A DNA stretch of 64,000 nucleotides. Source: Candidatus Moraniibacteriota bacterium (lineage in GTDB: Bacteria; Patescibacteriota; Minisyncoccia; Moranbacterales; UBA1568). A program made the translations under genes and the position numbers. The stretch covers positions 236,173-300,172 of the forward strand of contig JBPOIB010000001.1 of NCBI GenBank assembly GCA_052034935.1. Reading direction: 5' to 3'. Positions within the stretch are counted from its first letter, which is position 1. Each line of letters begins with the position of its first letter. Under the pieces are notes generated by a model, which saw only the letters and a list, made by a program, of their open reading frames with translations, was not told where the DNA came from and ran no database searches. Positions 28,658 through 36,583 of this stretch are shown one piece after another.

Positions 28658-30571
28658 ATGGAAATCTTTTCTCAATCATTCGCCTTTCTCACGACGCTCG
28701 TTCTCGCCTTTCTTCTGCCGGGCTTCGTGCTCTGGCGTGCCCTGTTCGGTCGCACGTTTTCGCGGGCCGAAGAACTTTTCTTTTCATTTATCGGGAGCAT
28801 CATTTTGGTCGACCTTCTCATGCTCATCTATAGCCGAATCGGTATCCCACTCTCTGGCCCAGTCGTCGGTGGCACACTCTTCTTTGTCACCCTCCTTGCT
28901 GGTGCTTACGCGCGGAAGAAGGGTGCACTCTTTTCTGGCCGATCGATTCCGGAAAGCTTTTCACCGAAAACGAATCTCCTCATCCTCGCGGTCTTCATCC
29001 TCGCGGTCTTCATCCGGACCATTTTCCTCTCGTCCAACATGCTACCGACGGCGACCGATCTCGGCCATCATATGTACTGGAGCGCGGTCATCGCCGAGAC
29101 CGAGGCCATCCCACCCTACGAAAAGATAGAGGTCGTGACGAATCCGGAAACCGGTGCATCCCTGGTTGCCCCGCCGAAACCAATTGCTGACTTCATCATC
29201 GGCGAACACCTCCCCTTTGCGCTCTTTCATTCCCTGAGCGGTCTCTCCTTCCAAAGCGCGTTCCCGATTCTTTTCCTCCACCTCATCAATCTGCTCTCGG
29301 TCATTGCCGTCGTCCTCCTCGCCTATCGCCTGGCTGAGCCGCTCGCGCCCAAAGTGAAGCCCGAATGGGTCGCGCTCGCGGTCCTCCTCCTCCTCGGACC
29401 CTTGTTCGCGCTCGCTTCCCCTCAGGCCAAATTCGTTTCAGGTGGTGTCGTCGGCAATCTTTTTGGCAATCTCTTCATCCCGGCTATCCTTCTTCTCTTC
29501 TATCGCGCCTTCGCTGACCGTAAATCACTGCTTTTCGCCGTGGCGATTGTACTGTCATTTTTCCTCGCGTATACCCATCATCTCTCGACGCTGGTCCTCG
29601 CCTTTATCCTCGTTGGTACCGGAGTCGCCTTCGTCATCGGTTCACTTCGAACGAAAGAAGACTTCGTGAGGAGCACACTCAAGCTCGTCATCTCTCCATC
29701 TGTCCTCGCGACACTTTTCTTCGCGTTTGCATTCATGGCGCTCGTCGCACTGCCGTCTTACCTCGATACCAAAGCGATTGACTCCGCTATCGGCACTCCG
29801 ACCAAGACGACGCGGACCGGCCTTTCTTTCTTCCAGGTTTCGAACTCGATTGGTGGCGGCAAAGTAGCGCTCGGTGTCATCGGTCTCGCCTTTGGGCTCT
29901 TCACCCTCTTCCGCCGACCGCTTCCGGGCGCGCTTATTTTCGCTTGGGGTGGCACACTCCTCGTCATGGCCCTTTTCCCACACTGGCTCTTCCTCGATAT
30001 CCCCTCGGGTCGGGTCGGGAGCTATCTCGCCTATCCGATAGCGCTTGCCGGTGGCTTCGCGCTTGCCTGGCTCATCCAGCTTTTCATCGTCGACCGCACG
30101 CTCCCTCGTCCGCTGACCATCATTGCTGCCGCCTCTCTTTTCGCCTTCGTCATCGGTACCGGATCATCCGACAATGCTGGCTCCCTCACGAACAAAGACC
30201 GCTCCTACGAGCTCGTCCAGACGATTGCTGCGACCGAGTACCTGGCCGACCATGCTGATGGCGCCATGATATTGAAGGACCACAACTACCTCTCGGCCGA
30301 TGCCTGGATGAAGCTTTCCTTCCTGAAAGACTACGGCTACCCACTCTCACGTGGGCTCTTTGGTCGCTACGAGGAAGGTGGCAATCGCCGTGAGCGCTGT
30401 ACCCTCGCCATGATTTCAACCCCAAATACCGAAGCTGGCGTCCGCTGCTATGACGAGACCGGTGTCCGCTATCTCGTCGTGAACCCCGTTTACGACCGCG
30501 CGCAGTTCGAGAAATCAGATTCGTTCTCCAAACTCTACACGAGCCAAACAGCAGCTATCTACCAGCGATGA
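28658..30571 (+). CDS. Multi-TM membrane protein, putative GT-C glycosyltransferase
   Basis: Roughly 14 TM segments, FLLPG N-terminus, TDLGHH loop, YTHH, soluble C-terminal domain. Confidence 0.65.
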   Translation: MEIFSQSFAFLTTLVLAFLLPGFVLWRALFGRTFSRAEELFFSFIGSIILVDLLMLIYSRIGIPLSGPVVGGTLFFVTLLAGAYARKKGALFSGRSIPESFSPKTNLLILAVFILAVFIRTIFLSSNMLPTATDLGHHMYWSAVIAETEAIPPYEKIEVVTNPETGASLVAPPKPIADFIIGEHLPFALFHSLSGLSFQSAFPILFLHLINLLSVIAVVLLAYRLAEPLAPKVKPEWVALAVLLLLGPLFALASPQAKFVSGGVVGNLFGNLFIPAILLLFYRAFADRKSLLFAVAIVLSFFLAYTHHLSTLVLAFILVGTGVAFVIGSLRTKEDFVRSTLKLVISPSVLATLFFAFAFMALVALPSYLDTKAIDSAIGTPTKTTRTGLSFFQVSNSIGGGKVALGVIGLAFGLFTLFRRPLPGALIFAWGGTLLVMALFPHWLFLDIPSGRVGSYLAYPIALAGGFALAWLIQLFIVDRTLPRPLTIIAAASLFAFVIGTGSSDNAGSLTNKDRSYELVQTIAATEYLADHADGAMILKDHNYLSADAWMKLSFLKDYGYPLSRGLFGRYEEGGNRRERCTLAMISTPNTEAGVRCYDETGVRYLVVNPVYDRAQFEKSDSFSKLYTSQTAAIYQR

Positions 30572-31116
30572 CTACGTATATAGCCCTTATTCGCGGCATC
30601 AATGTTGGTGGCAAAAACAAGATGCCGATGTCAAAACTGAAGAGCGTTCTCGAGACGCACGGATTTTCCGATGTTTCGACGTATATCGCCAGCGGCAATG
30701 TCATTTTAAAATCCAAAAGGCCAGCTTCCGAAGTACAGGATGTGTTTGAGAAGATCCTGCCAAAAAACTTCGATCTCGATACTAAACTCATCAGAGTTCT
30801 CGTCCTGACCCATGAGCAACTAAAGACTATCGTTCACAAAAAGCCGCACGGCTTCGGCGGACAGTCGGATAAGTACCATAGTGACACCATTTTTCTGATT
30901 GGTATTCCTTCGTCCCAAGCTATCACTCTATTCAGTCCACGCGAAGGCGTCGATAAAGTCTGGCCGGGCGATGGTGTGGTCTATTCACAGCGTCTCAGTG
31001 CCTTACGGACGAAAAGCCGCCTCAACAAAATCATGAGCACCCCGGAGTATCAGCTCATGACGATTCGCAATTGGAATACCACCCTGAAACTGCTGGAATT
31101 AAGCCGTCCGCAATAA
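30568..31116 (+). CDS. DUF1697 family protein
   Basis: YIALIRGINVGGKNK, TYIASGNV, TIRNWNT. Confidence 0.9.
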   Translation: MTTYIALIRGINVGGKNKMPMSKLKSVLETHGFSDVSTYIASGNVILKSKRPASEVQDVFEKILPKNFDLDTKLIRVLVLTHEQLKTIVHKKPHGFGGQSDKYHSDTIFLIGIPSSQAITLFSPREGVDKVWPGDGVVYSQRLSALRTKSRLNKIMSTPEYQLMTIRNWNTTLKLLELSRPQ

Positions 31117-31171
31117 TCTATTAATTTTCAGAAAATACTCTTTTTTCAGCTTCAATAAGCCTCTTTTTCTA

Positions 31172-31200
31172 TTGACGGATAGCATATTTTGTGCTATCAT
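31172..31200 (+). promoter_or_regulatory. Sigma70-type promoter with extended -10
   Basis: TTGACG (31172-31177), 17 bp spacer ending in TGC, TATCAT (31195-31200). Confidence 0.7.
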
Positions 31201-31264
31201 ATGTAGTCCGATGAGTTTTTCGTCGGCCACACCCAACCCTTCCTTCCCAACTGGAGCCCCCACA

Positions 31265-31765
31265 ATGTCCAAGCTCATTTCCGCTCTGATCACCGCCCTG
31301 CTGGCATTCGCCGCTTTCAGCGTGCACGCCGGTCTGGGGCGTATCAACCCCGAAGAGCAGGCTTTCCGCAACAATGACGGCGAGTACCTGATCGTCAAGT
31401 CCAACGGGAACATCGACGCCTACGTGGCCGTCACTACGGCCATCATCAAGGCCGGCTACTACACCACCAGCGGCATCGAGCCCGGCACCAAGACCGACAC
31501 TTGGTGCAAAGTGAACGTCTACCAGGAACGTCAGATCCTGGGCGAGTGCTACACGCCGCGCATGGGGTTCGGCATCTCCGTGCGCGACGATCTGGCCTGG
31601 ACACGCGAACAGTTCAAAGGTGACTACTCCGGCGTGGTGACGATGATCGCCAAGATCCGCAACGAACACCGCCGCGCCAGCGCCTTCCTGAAGGCGAACT
31701 CCAGGTCGGATGAGGCTGTTCAGTACCCGCTCAACGAAGCGCCGCCCGTAGCCGATAGGAAGTAG
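31265..31765 (+). CDS. Hypothetical secreted protein
   Basis: Signal peptide MSKLISALITALLAFAAFSVHA, GGAG SD, strongly C-ending codons. Confidence 0.75.
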   Translation: MSKLISALITALLAFAAFSVHAGLGRINPEEQAFRNNDGEYLIVKSNGNIDAYVAVTTAIIKAGYYTTSGIEPGTKTDTWCKVNVYQERQILGECYTPRMGFGISVRDDLAWTREQFKGDYSGVVTMIAKIRNEHRRASAFLKANSRSDEAVQYPLNEAPPVADRK

Positions 31766-31800
31766 CGCCCGCTACAAGGCCGTCTCAACCGAGACTACAG

Positions 31801-31831
31801 ACGACCCGCCACAAGAGGTCGTTTTTCTTTT
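31801..31831 (+). terminator. Rho-independent terminator
   Basis: ACGACC/GGTCGT stem followed by TTTTCTTTT. Confidence 0.65.
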
Positions 31832-31833
31832 GT

Positions 31834-32853
31834 CTAAAGAGCGATTTTCTTGAATCCCTCCTCTATTGCCTCGCGGTCGAGGTTTTGACCGATGACGACG
31901 ATTGTCGTTTCGCGCTTTTCATCCACTTTCCACTCTCGGTCCGGGATAACGGTATAGAGTGCATGCACGCCTTGGAGGATGGCACGCTTCCCTTCCCATT
32001 CGTCCGAATAAATTATGCCTTTGTAGCGAAAGAGATCTGGCCCAAGGGTATTCTGAAGCTCTCCAATCCACTCATAGAGCCGATCAAGCTGAATCGGCTT
32101 TTCGCTGCGGAGTACCAGGCTCGAGATACCATGCGTGTGACTCGCATGATTGTGGTCATCATAGTCGTGGTCATGCATCACTTCGGGTGGCGCAAAGAAG
32201 CGTCGCTCGCGGAAGAGCTCGCTATTCGGCACCGCTCCTTCATCGACCTGGATGATTGGCACCGTCCGGTTGATAGCGTGGATCTTCGATTCAATCTCCG
32301 GTATGAGTATTTTTCGAGCCTCGACCGGAATGAGGTCGGTCTTCGACAGGATAACGAGGTCAGCAAGCGCGATCTGCTCCGCCGCGACCGGTAGGTACCC
32401 GAGCTGGCGCTCGATATGGAGCGCGTCGACGACGGTCACGATCGACGATATCTCGTAGGCGGCCATGAGCACCTCGTCGGTCATAAATGTCTGAACGAGC
32501 GGGATCGGGTCAGCGAGGCCAGTAGTCTCGATCACGATGCGGTCGAACTCGAGCTTTGTAGCACCATCCATCTCGAGCTTGCGCTTGAGGAGATCAGTCA
32601 AGGTCTCAACCAGGTCGTTCCGCACCGTGCAGCAGATACAGCCGTTGTCGAGCGTGACGAGGTGCTCTTCGCCAGAAGCCACGAGCGCGCCGTCGATATC
32701 GGCCGCGCCGAATTCATTCACGATGACCGCGATTTTCTCCCCCGTTTCGCTCCGGAGGATCTGGTTGAGGAGAGTGGTTTTGCCCGCACCGAGGAAGCCG
32801 GTCAGAATCGTGACCGGGATTTTCTTGAAAAGCGGCGAATCGTCTTTTTCCAT
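31834..32853 (-). CDS. COG0523/CobW-family GTPase metallochaperone
   Basis: TGFLGAGKTT, NEFG, GCICC, ETTGLADP, His-rich linker, CobW_C RYKG..QGVH; start at MEKDDS. Confidence 0.93.
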   Translation of the reverse strand: MEKDDSPLFKKIPVTILTGFLGAGKTTLLNQILRSETGEKIAVIVNEFGAADIDGALVASGEEHLVTLDNGCICCTVRNDLVETLTDLLKRKLEMDGATKLEFDRIVIETTGLADPIPLVQTFMTDEVLMAAYEISSIVTVVDALHIERQLGYLPVAAEQIALADLVILSKTDLIPVEARKILIPEIESKIHAINRTVPIIQVDEGAVPNSELFRERRFFAPPEVMHDHDYDDHNHASHTHGISSLVLRSEKPIQLDRLYEWIGELQNTLGPDLFRYKGIIYSDEWEGKRAILQGVHALYTVIPDREWKVDEKRETTIVVIGQNLDREAIEEGFKKIAL

Positions 32854-32872
32854 ACGAGTATGCAGTATCGGC

Positions 32873-32901
32873 ATGATAGAGAGCCTGTTCCAAACCGTCA
32901 A
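32873..32901 (-). promoter_or_regulatory. Sigma70 promoter of the COG0523 gene
   Basis: Minus strand TTGACG, 17 bp spacer, TATCAT. Confidence 0.65.
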
Positions 32902-32952
32902 CGGAGACAGCTGGAATATCGGGTTGGAAACGGCTATAATAACGGGGTACAT

Positions 32953-33309
32953 ATGCCTGAAAAACGCCTGCTTCTCAGTCTTTTTGTTTTGTTTGCGCTT
33001 TCCGCTGTTTTCCTCACGGCCGCGAATATCCGAGGTATCGATCCGGACGGAAAAAACTGGTGGAGCCTGGCTTTCGCTGAGCCCACTAGCGAGTCCAGCC
33101 TCGTTTTCACGGTGACCAATCATACCGAGAACCCGTCTTTCCGCTACACCATCACCCGTGGTCTAGAAACGCTCGAGACCAGTGAATTTTCCGTCCCAAC
33201 GGGCACGAGCGGGAATCAGTCCCCGAAAGCAACTATCGACCTCTCCGGCCGGATTACCATCACCGTCACGCACGAGGGTTCCGAGGAAACTATCTATCGT
33301 AACTTATGA
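32953..33309 (+). CDS. Small membrane-anchored beta-rich protein
   Basis: MPEKRLLLSLFVLFAL.. TM then beta-strand-like domain; TATAAT at 32935-32940; ATGA overlap with the next gene. Confidence 0.7.
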   Translation: MPEKRLLLSLFVLFALSAVFLTAANIRGIDPDGKNWWSLAFAEPTSESSLVFTVTNHTENPSFRYTITRGLETLETSEFSVPTGTSGNQSPKATIDLSGRITITVTHEGSEETIYRNL

Positions 33310-34430
33310 AAAAAGTTCTCCTCGTCACCCGACCGATTGTCCCTCCCTGGGATGAAGCCTCCAAGAACTTCGCCTATTTCCTCGCTCGGAGTGTCGCCGG
33401 TCATGAACTCACCCTCCTCACCGCGTCCGCCGATCGGCTCGAAAAACTTCCCGAGGCTGCCAAGCAGGTGCCAATTTATGATTCTTCCTCTTTCGACTGG
33501 AAAGCCAAACTAGACCTTTTCCGCTATCTTCGGAAAAGCCGTGACAGTTTTGACGTGACGCATTACCTCTTCACCCCGACGAAATTCAATACGAAAGCCC
33601 TCACGACCTTCGCCCGTCCGACGAGAGGCAGGACGATCCAGACGGTCGCGACGCTCCGCTCTGATCTGTACAGCGAAGCCGAACTGAAGGCGCTCCTCTT
33701 CGCCGACCGCATCACCGTCTATACCGACGCCACCAAGACGAAGCTCACTACTCTCGGCTTCAGCAATGTCGAGCGAATCTACCCGGGCATCGATCTCGAG
33801 AAGTATCAGATCCGCCCGAAGAGCCAAACCGTGCTCGACCAGTATCAGCTCGCGGCCGATGATTTCCTGGTTGTCTATCCGGGAGAGTATACCCGCCTCG
33901 GCGCGACCGATTTCCTCGTCGAGACGCTCATCGGATATTTCGCCAATCCCGACGCCGAGCGTTTCATCTTTCATTTCGCCTGCCGCATCAAGAACGAGGC
34001 TGATCGAGTGAAGCGCGAGGAAGTCCGCGAACGCTTCCGCGCCGCCGGCTGCCTCGACCGCATCCGCTTCGATGAAGGCCATGCGACCGCCGATATGGCT
34101 GCCGTGTACAATACCGCCGACGTCATCGCGTTCCCGGTGGGCGACTTGAAGGGGAAGTTCGATGTGCCGCTCATCATCATCGAAGGCTACGCTTCGGGCA
34201 AGCCCGTTATCCTGTCGGATCTCCCAGCTTTCGGAGAGTTTTCAAATGACCAGATTTCTGCTACTATTCCCCGGCTCGAAAGCGCTCCGCTCATCGATAA
34301 AATCCTTTATTTGAAGCATAATCCGGAAAAGCGTCACGCCATGGGCCAGGCGGCACGCGCCTACAGCGAGGCTCATTTCGACCTCCGGGAAACGGCCCGC
34401 CGGTACAGCGCACTCTACGCGTCGCTCTAA
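33306..34430 (+). CDS. Glycosyltransferase family 4 (atypical)
   Basis: IYPGID, YNTADVIAFP, PLIIIEGYASGKPVILSD, R..MGQAAR..HF (GT-B fold). Confidence 0.82.
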   Translation: MKKVLLVTRPIVPPWDEASKNFAYFLARSVAGHELTLLTASADRLEKLPEAAKQVPIYDSSSFDWKAKLDLFRYLRKSRDSFDVTHYLFTPTKFNTKALTTFARPTRGRTIQTVATLRSDLYSEAELKALLFADRITVYTDATKTKLTTLGFSNVERIYPGIDLEKYQIRPKSQTVLDQYQLAADDFLVVYPGEYTRLGATDFLVETLIGYFANPDAERFIFHFACRIKNEADRVKREEVRERFRAAGCLDRIRFDEGHATADMAAVYNTADVIAFPVGDLKGKFDVPLIIIEGYASGKPVILSDLPAFGEFSNDQISATIPRLESAPLIDKILYLKHNPEKRHAMGQAARAYSEAHFDLRETARRYSALYASL

Positions 34431-34448
34431 CACCCAATCCAATCACCT

Positions 34449-35954
34449 ATGTACGAAGACAAGATCAAGAAAATCAGCGCGGTCAAGCAGGAAATGAAGA
34501 CCGAGAAGATGAAAGTTCCCGTCGTGTTCCATGTCGGCGACGAGCTCATGCCGAGCGATGCCACCCTGGAGCAGCTCGAGAGCGTGGCGAGCAATGACAC
34601 CGTCTTCCACCACATCGCCGCGATGGCCGATGTCCACTCGAAGCCGGGCCGCAAGAACGCGACCGGCACCACCGTCACTTCCAAAGAGCATATCCTCCCG
34701 CAGGTGAACGATTCCGATCCGGCCTGCGGCATGCGCCTGGTGAAGACGAACCTGACCGAAGAGAATATCACTCCCGAGGAGCTCGATGTGCTCTTCAAGT
34801 CGCTCGTCGAGACGGTTCCGACGAAAAGGTTTATCGGTACGCGCGTTTCATTCAACACCGTCGTCGATATCTGCCGCGGAGGCATCCGTCCGCTCGTGAA
34901 GGCGCTCGGTATCGAGACCAAGAACGAAGAGACACACTGCATCGAAAACGGCAATTTTTTCCCGCAGGAAGTCTCGCGGCAGAGCATCTTCGATGTCATC
35001 CCGAAGCTTTTCCTCTGGTTTGCCACCTTCCGCCTCGGCATCCTCGGTGCGGCCGGCAATCACTTCCTCGACCTCATGAAAGTGACCGGCATCGAGGACG
35101 AGGAGACCGCCAAGAAGTTCGGCCTCAAAAACGGCCAGTATGTCTTCATGGTTCACTGCGGCTCGGGCATCCTGGGACAATACACGATGTACATGTATAC
35201 CGCGAAGAAGCGCGAACACCTCTCGCAGGCGATCATGGTCGAGCTCGGCAAGCTCCTCTTCCGCTCACCGCTGAAACCCGTCTACAGTCGCATCGCGAAG
35301 AAGATCAAAGAGTACCAGTTCGGCGCCAAGGAAGAGCTCTTTACCTACGATGGCCACGGACCCGAGGGAGAGATGTATATGGCGGCGCGCAATGCCTGCT
35401 CGAACTTTGCCCATGCCAACCGGGCGGTCATCACCCATAACGTGAGCGAAACGGTGAAACGCGTTCTTGGCCGCGACCCCGAGCTCGAGCTCCTCTACGA
35501 TATGCCGCATATCCTCGTTTCCGAAGAAGAGCACTTCGGCGAAAAAATCTGGGTTCATCGGAACGGCACCAGTCGAGCCTATGGTCCGACACGGATGAGC
35601 AACCATCCGCTCTTCAAGGAAACCGGCGAGCCGGCCTTTATTCCGTCTTCGATGTCGACCGAAGCCTTCCTCTGCGTCGGCATGGATGGCAACGAATCAA
35701 GCTTCTACTCCTGCAATCACGGGGCCGGCAAAGCGAAGGCGAAGTCGGATGCAGTGACACCCGAAGACAAAGCTGCCCTCCATGAGAAGCTCGCCGGCCG
35801 CGGCGTCCGCCTCTATAACGGCCAGTCCTCGAAAGTCATCGAACAGGACAGCTCGCACTACAAGCGCATCGACGACATCATCGCGACCGTGAAGGAGAAC
35901 CAGGTCGTGAAGCCGGTTGCCCGACTCATGCCCGTCTCGATCATCATGTACTAA
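34449..35954 (+). CDS. rtcB: Divergent RtcB-family protein
   Basis: MADVH, DPACGM, GNHFLD, VHCGS, YDMPH, VHRNG, IPSSM, SCNHGAG, YK motifs in RtcB order. Confidence 0.88.
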   Translation: MYEDKIKKISAVKQEMKTEKMKVPVVFHVGDELMPSDATLEQLESVASNDTVFHHIAAMADVHSKPGRKNATGTTVTSKEHILPQVNDSDPACGMRLVKTNLTEENITPEELDVLFKSLVETVPTKRFIGTRVSFNTVVDICRGGIRPLVKALGIETKNEETHCIENGNFFPQEVSRQSIFDVIPKLFLWFATFRLGILGAAGNHFLDLMKVTGIEDEETAKKFGLKNGQYVFMVHCGSGILGQYTMYMYTAKKREHLSQAIMVELGKLLFRSPLKPVYSRIAKKIKEYQFGAKEELFTYDGHGPEGEMYMAARNACSNFAHANRAVITHNVSETVKRVLGRDPELELLYDMPHILVSEEEHFGEKIWVHRNGTSRAYGPTRMSNHPLFKETGEPAFIPSSMSTEAFLCVGMDGNESSFYSCNHGAGKAKAKSDAVTPEDKAALHEKLAGRGVRLYNGQSSKVIEQDSSHYKRIDDIIATVKENQVVKPVARLMPVSIIMY

Positions 35955-35983
35955 TTTGTTCCTACTGGAGCGGGATTGACGCT

Positions 35984-36583
35984 ATGAAAATCATCACCTT
36001 CAGCGGCGTCGACGGTTCGGGAAAGTCGAGCCAACTCGAACTCTTCCAAAAGGAACTCGAGAACCGGGGTGTACAAGCAGCGTATTTTCACGCTGTCCAC
36101 TTTAGCCTCCCCCAGGCAGCGAAACGGCTCTTCGCGCGAAGCTTGAGCAAGCCGGGCGTTTCAAAAGCGGTGACGAAGAGCTCCGGCCTCGGGGTGCTGC
36201 TGCGCAAAGGAGTGCTCCTCCTTGATCTCTTCCGCTTCCGGAGTTATCTGAAGCAGCTTGAGCGCTCGGGAGTGACCCATCTCATCTCGGACCGTTACTT
36301 CTATGATAGCCTCGTCAATATCGCCTATCTCGACGGCACTTCAATCGATACTGCCTACGCCCGCTTCGCAGCGCGCTTCATCCCAAAGCCAGACCGAGCT
36401 TTCTTCCTTTCAGTTTCGCCCGAAGCTGTGATGACCAGAGAACGCGCGCCCGAACAAGGGCTCCAGTATCTGAAGGATAAGCAGAGCCTCTTCGAGGAAG
36501 CGGCCACACTCTGGGGTTTCGTCGTAATCGACGCCAATGCTCCGCTCGATGCGGTCCGCGCCGCTGTTTCCGAACGCATATGA
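35984..36583 (+). CDS. Thymidylate-kinase-like P-loop kinase
   Basis: IITFSGVDGSGKSSQ P-loop, ISDRYFYD, PKPD..FFL. Confidence 0.82.
   Translation: MKIITFSGVDGSGKSSQLELFQKELENRGVQAAYFHAVHFSLPQAAKRLFARSLSKPGVSKAVTKSSGLGVLLRKGVLLLDLFRFRSYLKQLERSGVTHLISDRYFYDSLVNIAYLDGTSIDTAYARFAARFIPKPDRAFFLSVSPEAVMTRERAPEQGLQYLKDKQSLFEEAATLWGFVVIDANAPLDAVRAAVSERI

Noticed and set aside
28980-29014. Short tandem repeat TCATCCTCGCGGTCT x2
   Set aside because: In-frame 15 bp duplication encoding ILAVF twice within a TM helix; not an array.
27437-29129. Long ORFs 27437-28675 (-) and 27972-29129 (+)
   Set aside because: Shadow or alternative frames of a clear GT4 and a membrane protein.
4202-31831. Integron cassettes (attC) as the explanation for the stand-alone genes
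   Set aside because: The genes are dispersed and carry their own promoters; I saw no RYYYAAC...GTTRRRY attC structure and no integrase.
32416-32952. N-terminal part of the 297 aa ORF 32416-33309
   Set aside because: Antisense to the COG0523 gene; the real start is probably 32953, after TATAAT.
10209-35954. thpR plus rtcB as a canonical RNA-repair system
   Set aside because: They are ~24 kb apart in different operons, with no rtcA, rtcR or archease, and RtcB lacks the RNA-binding residues.
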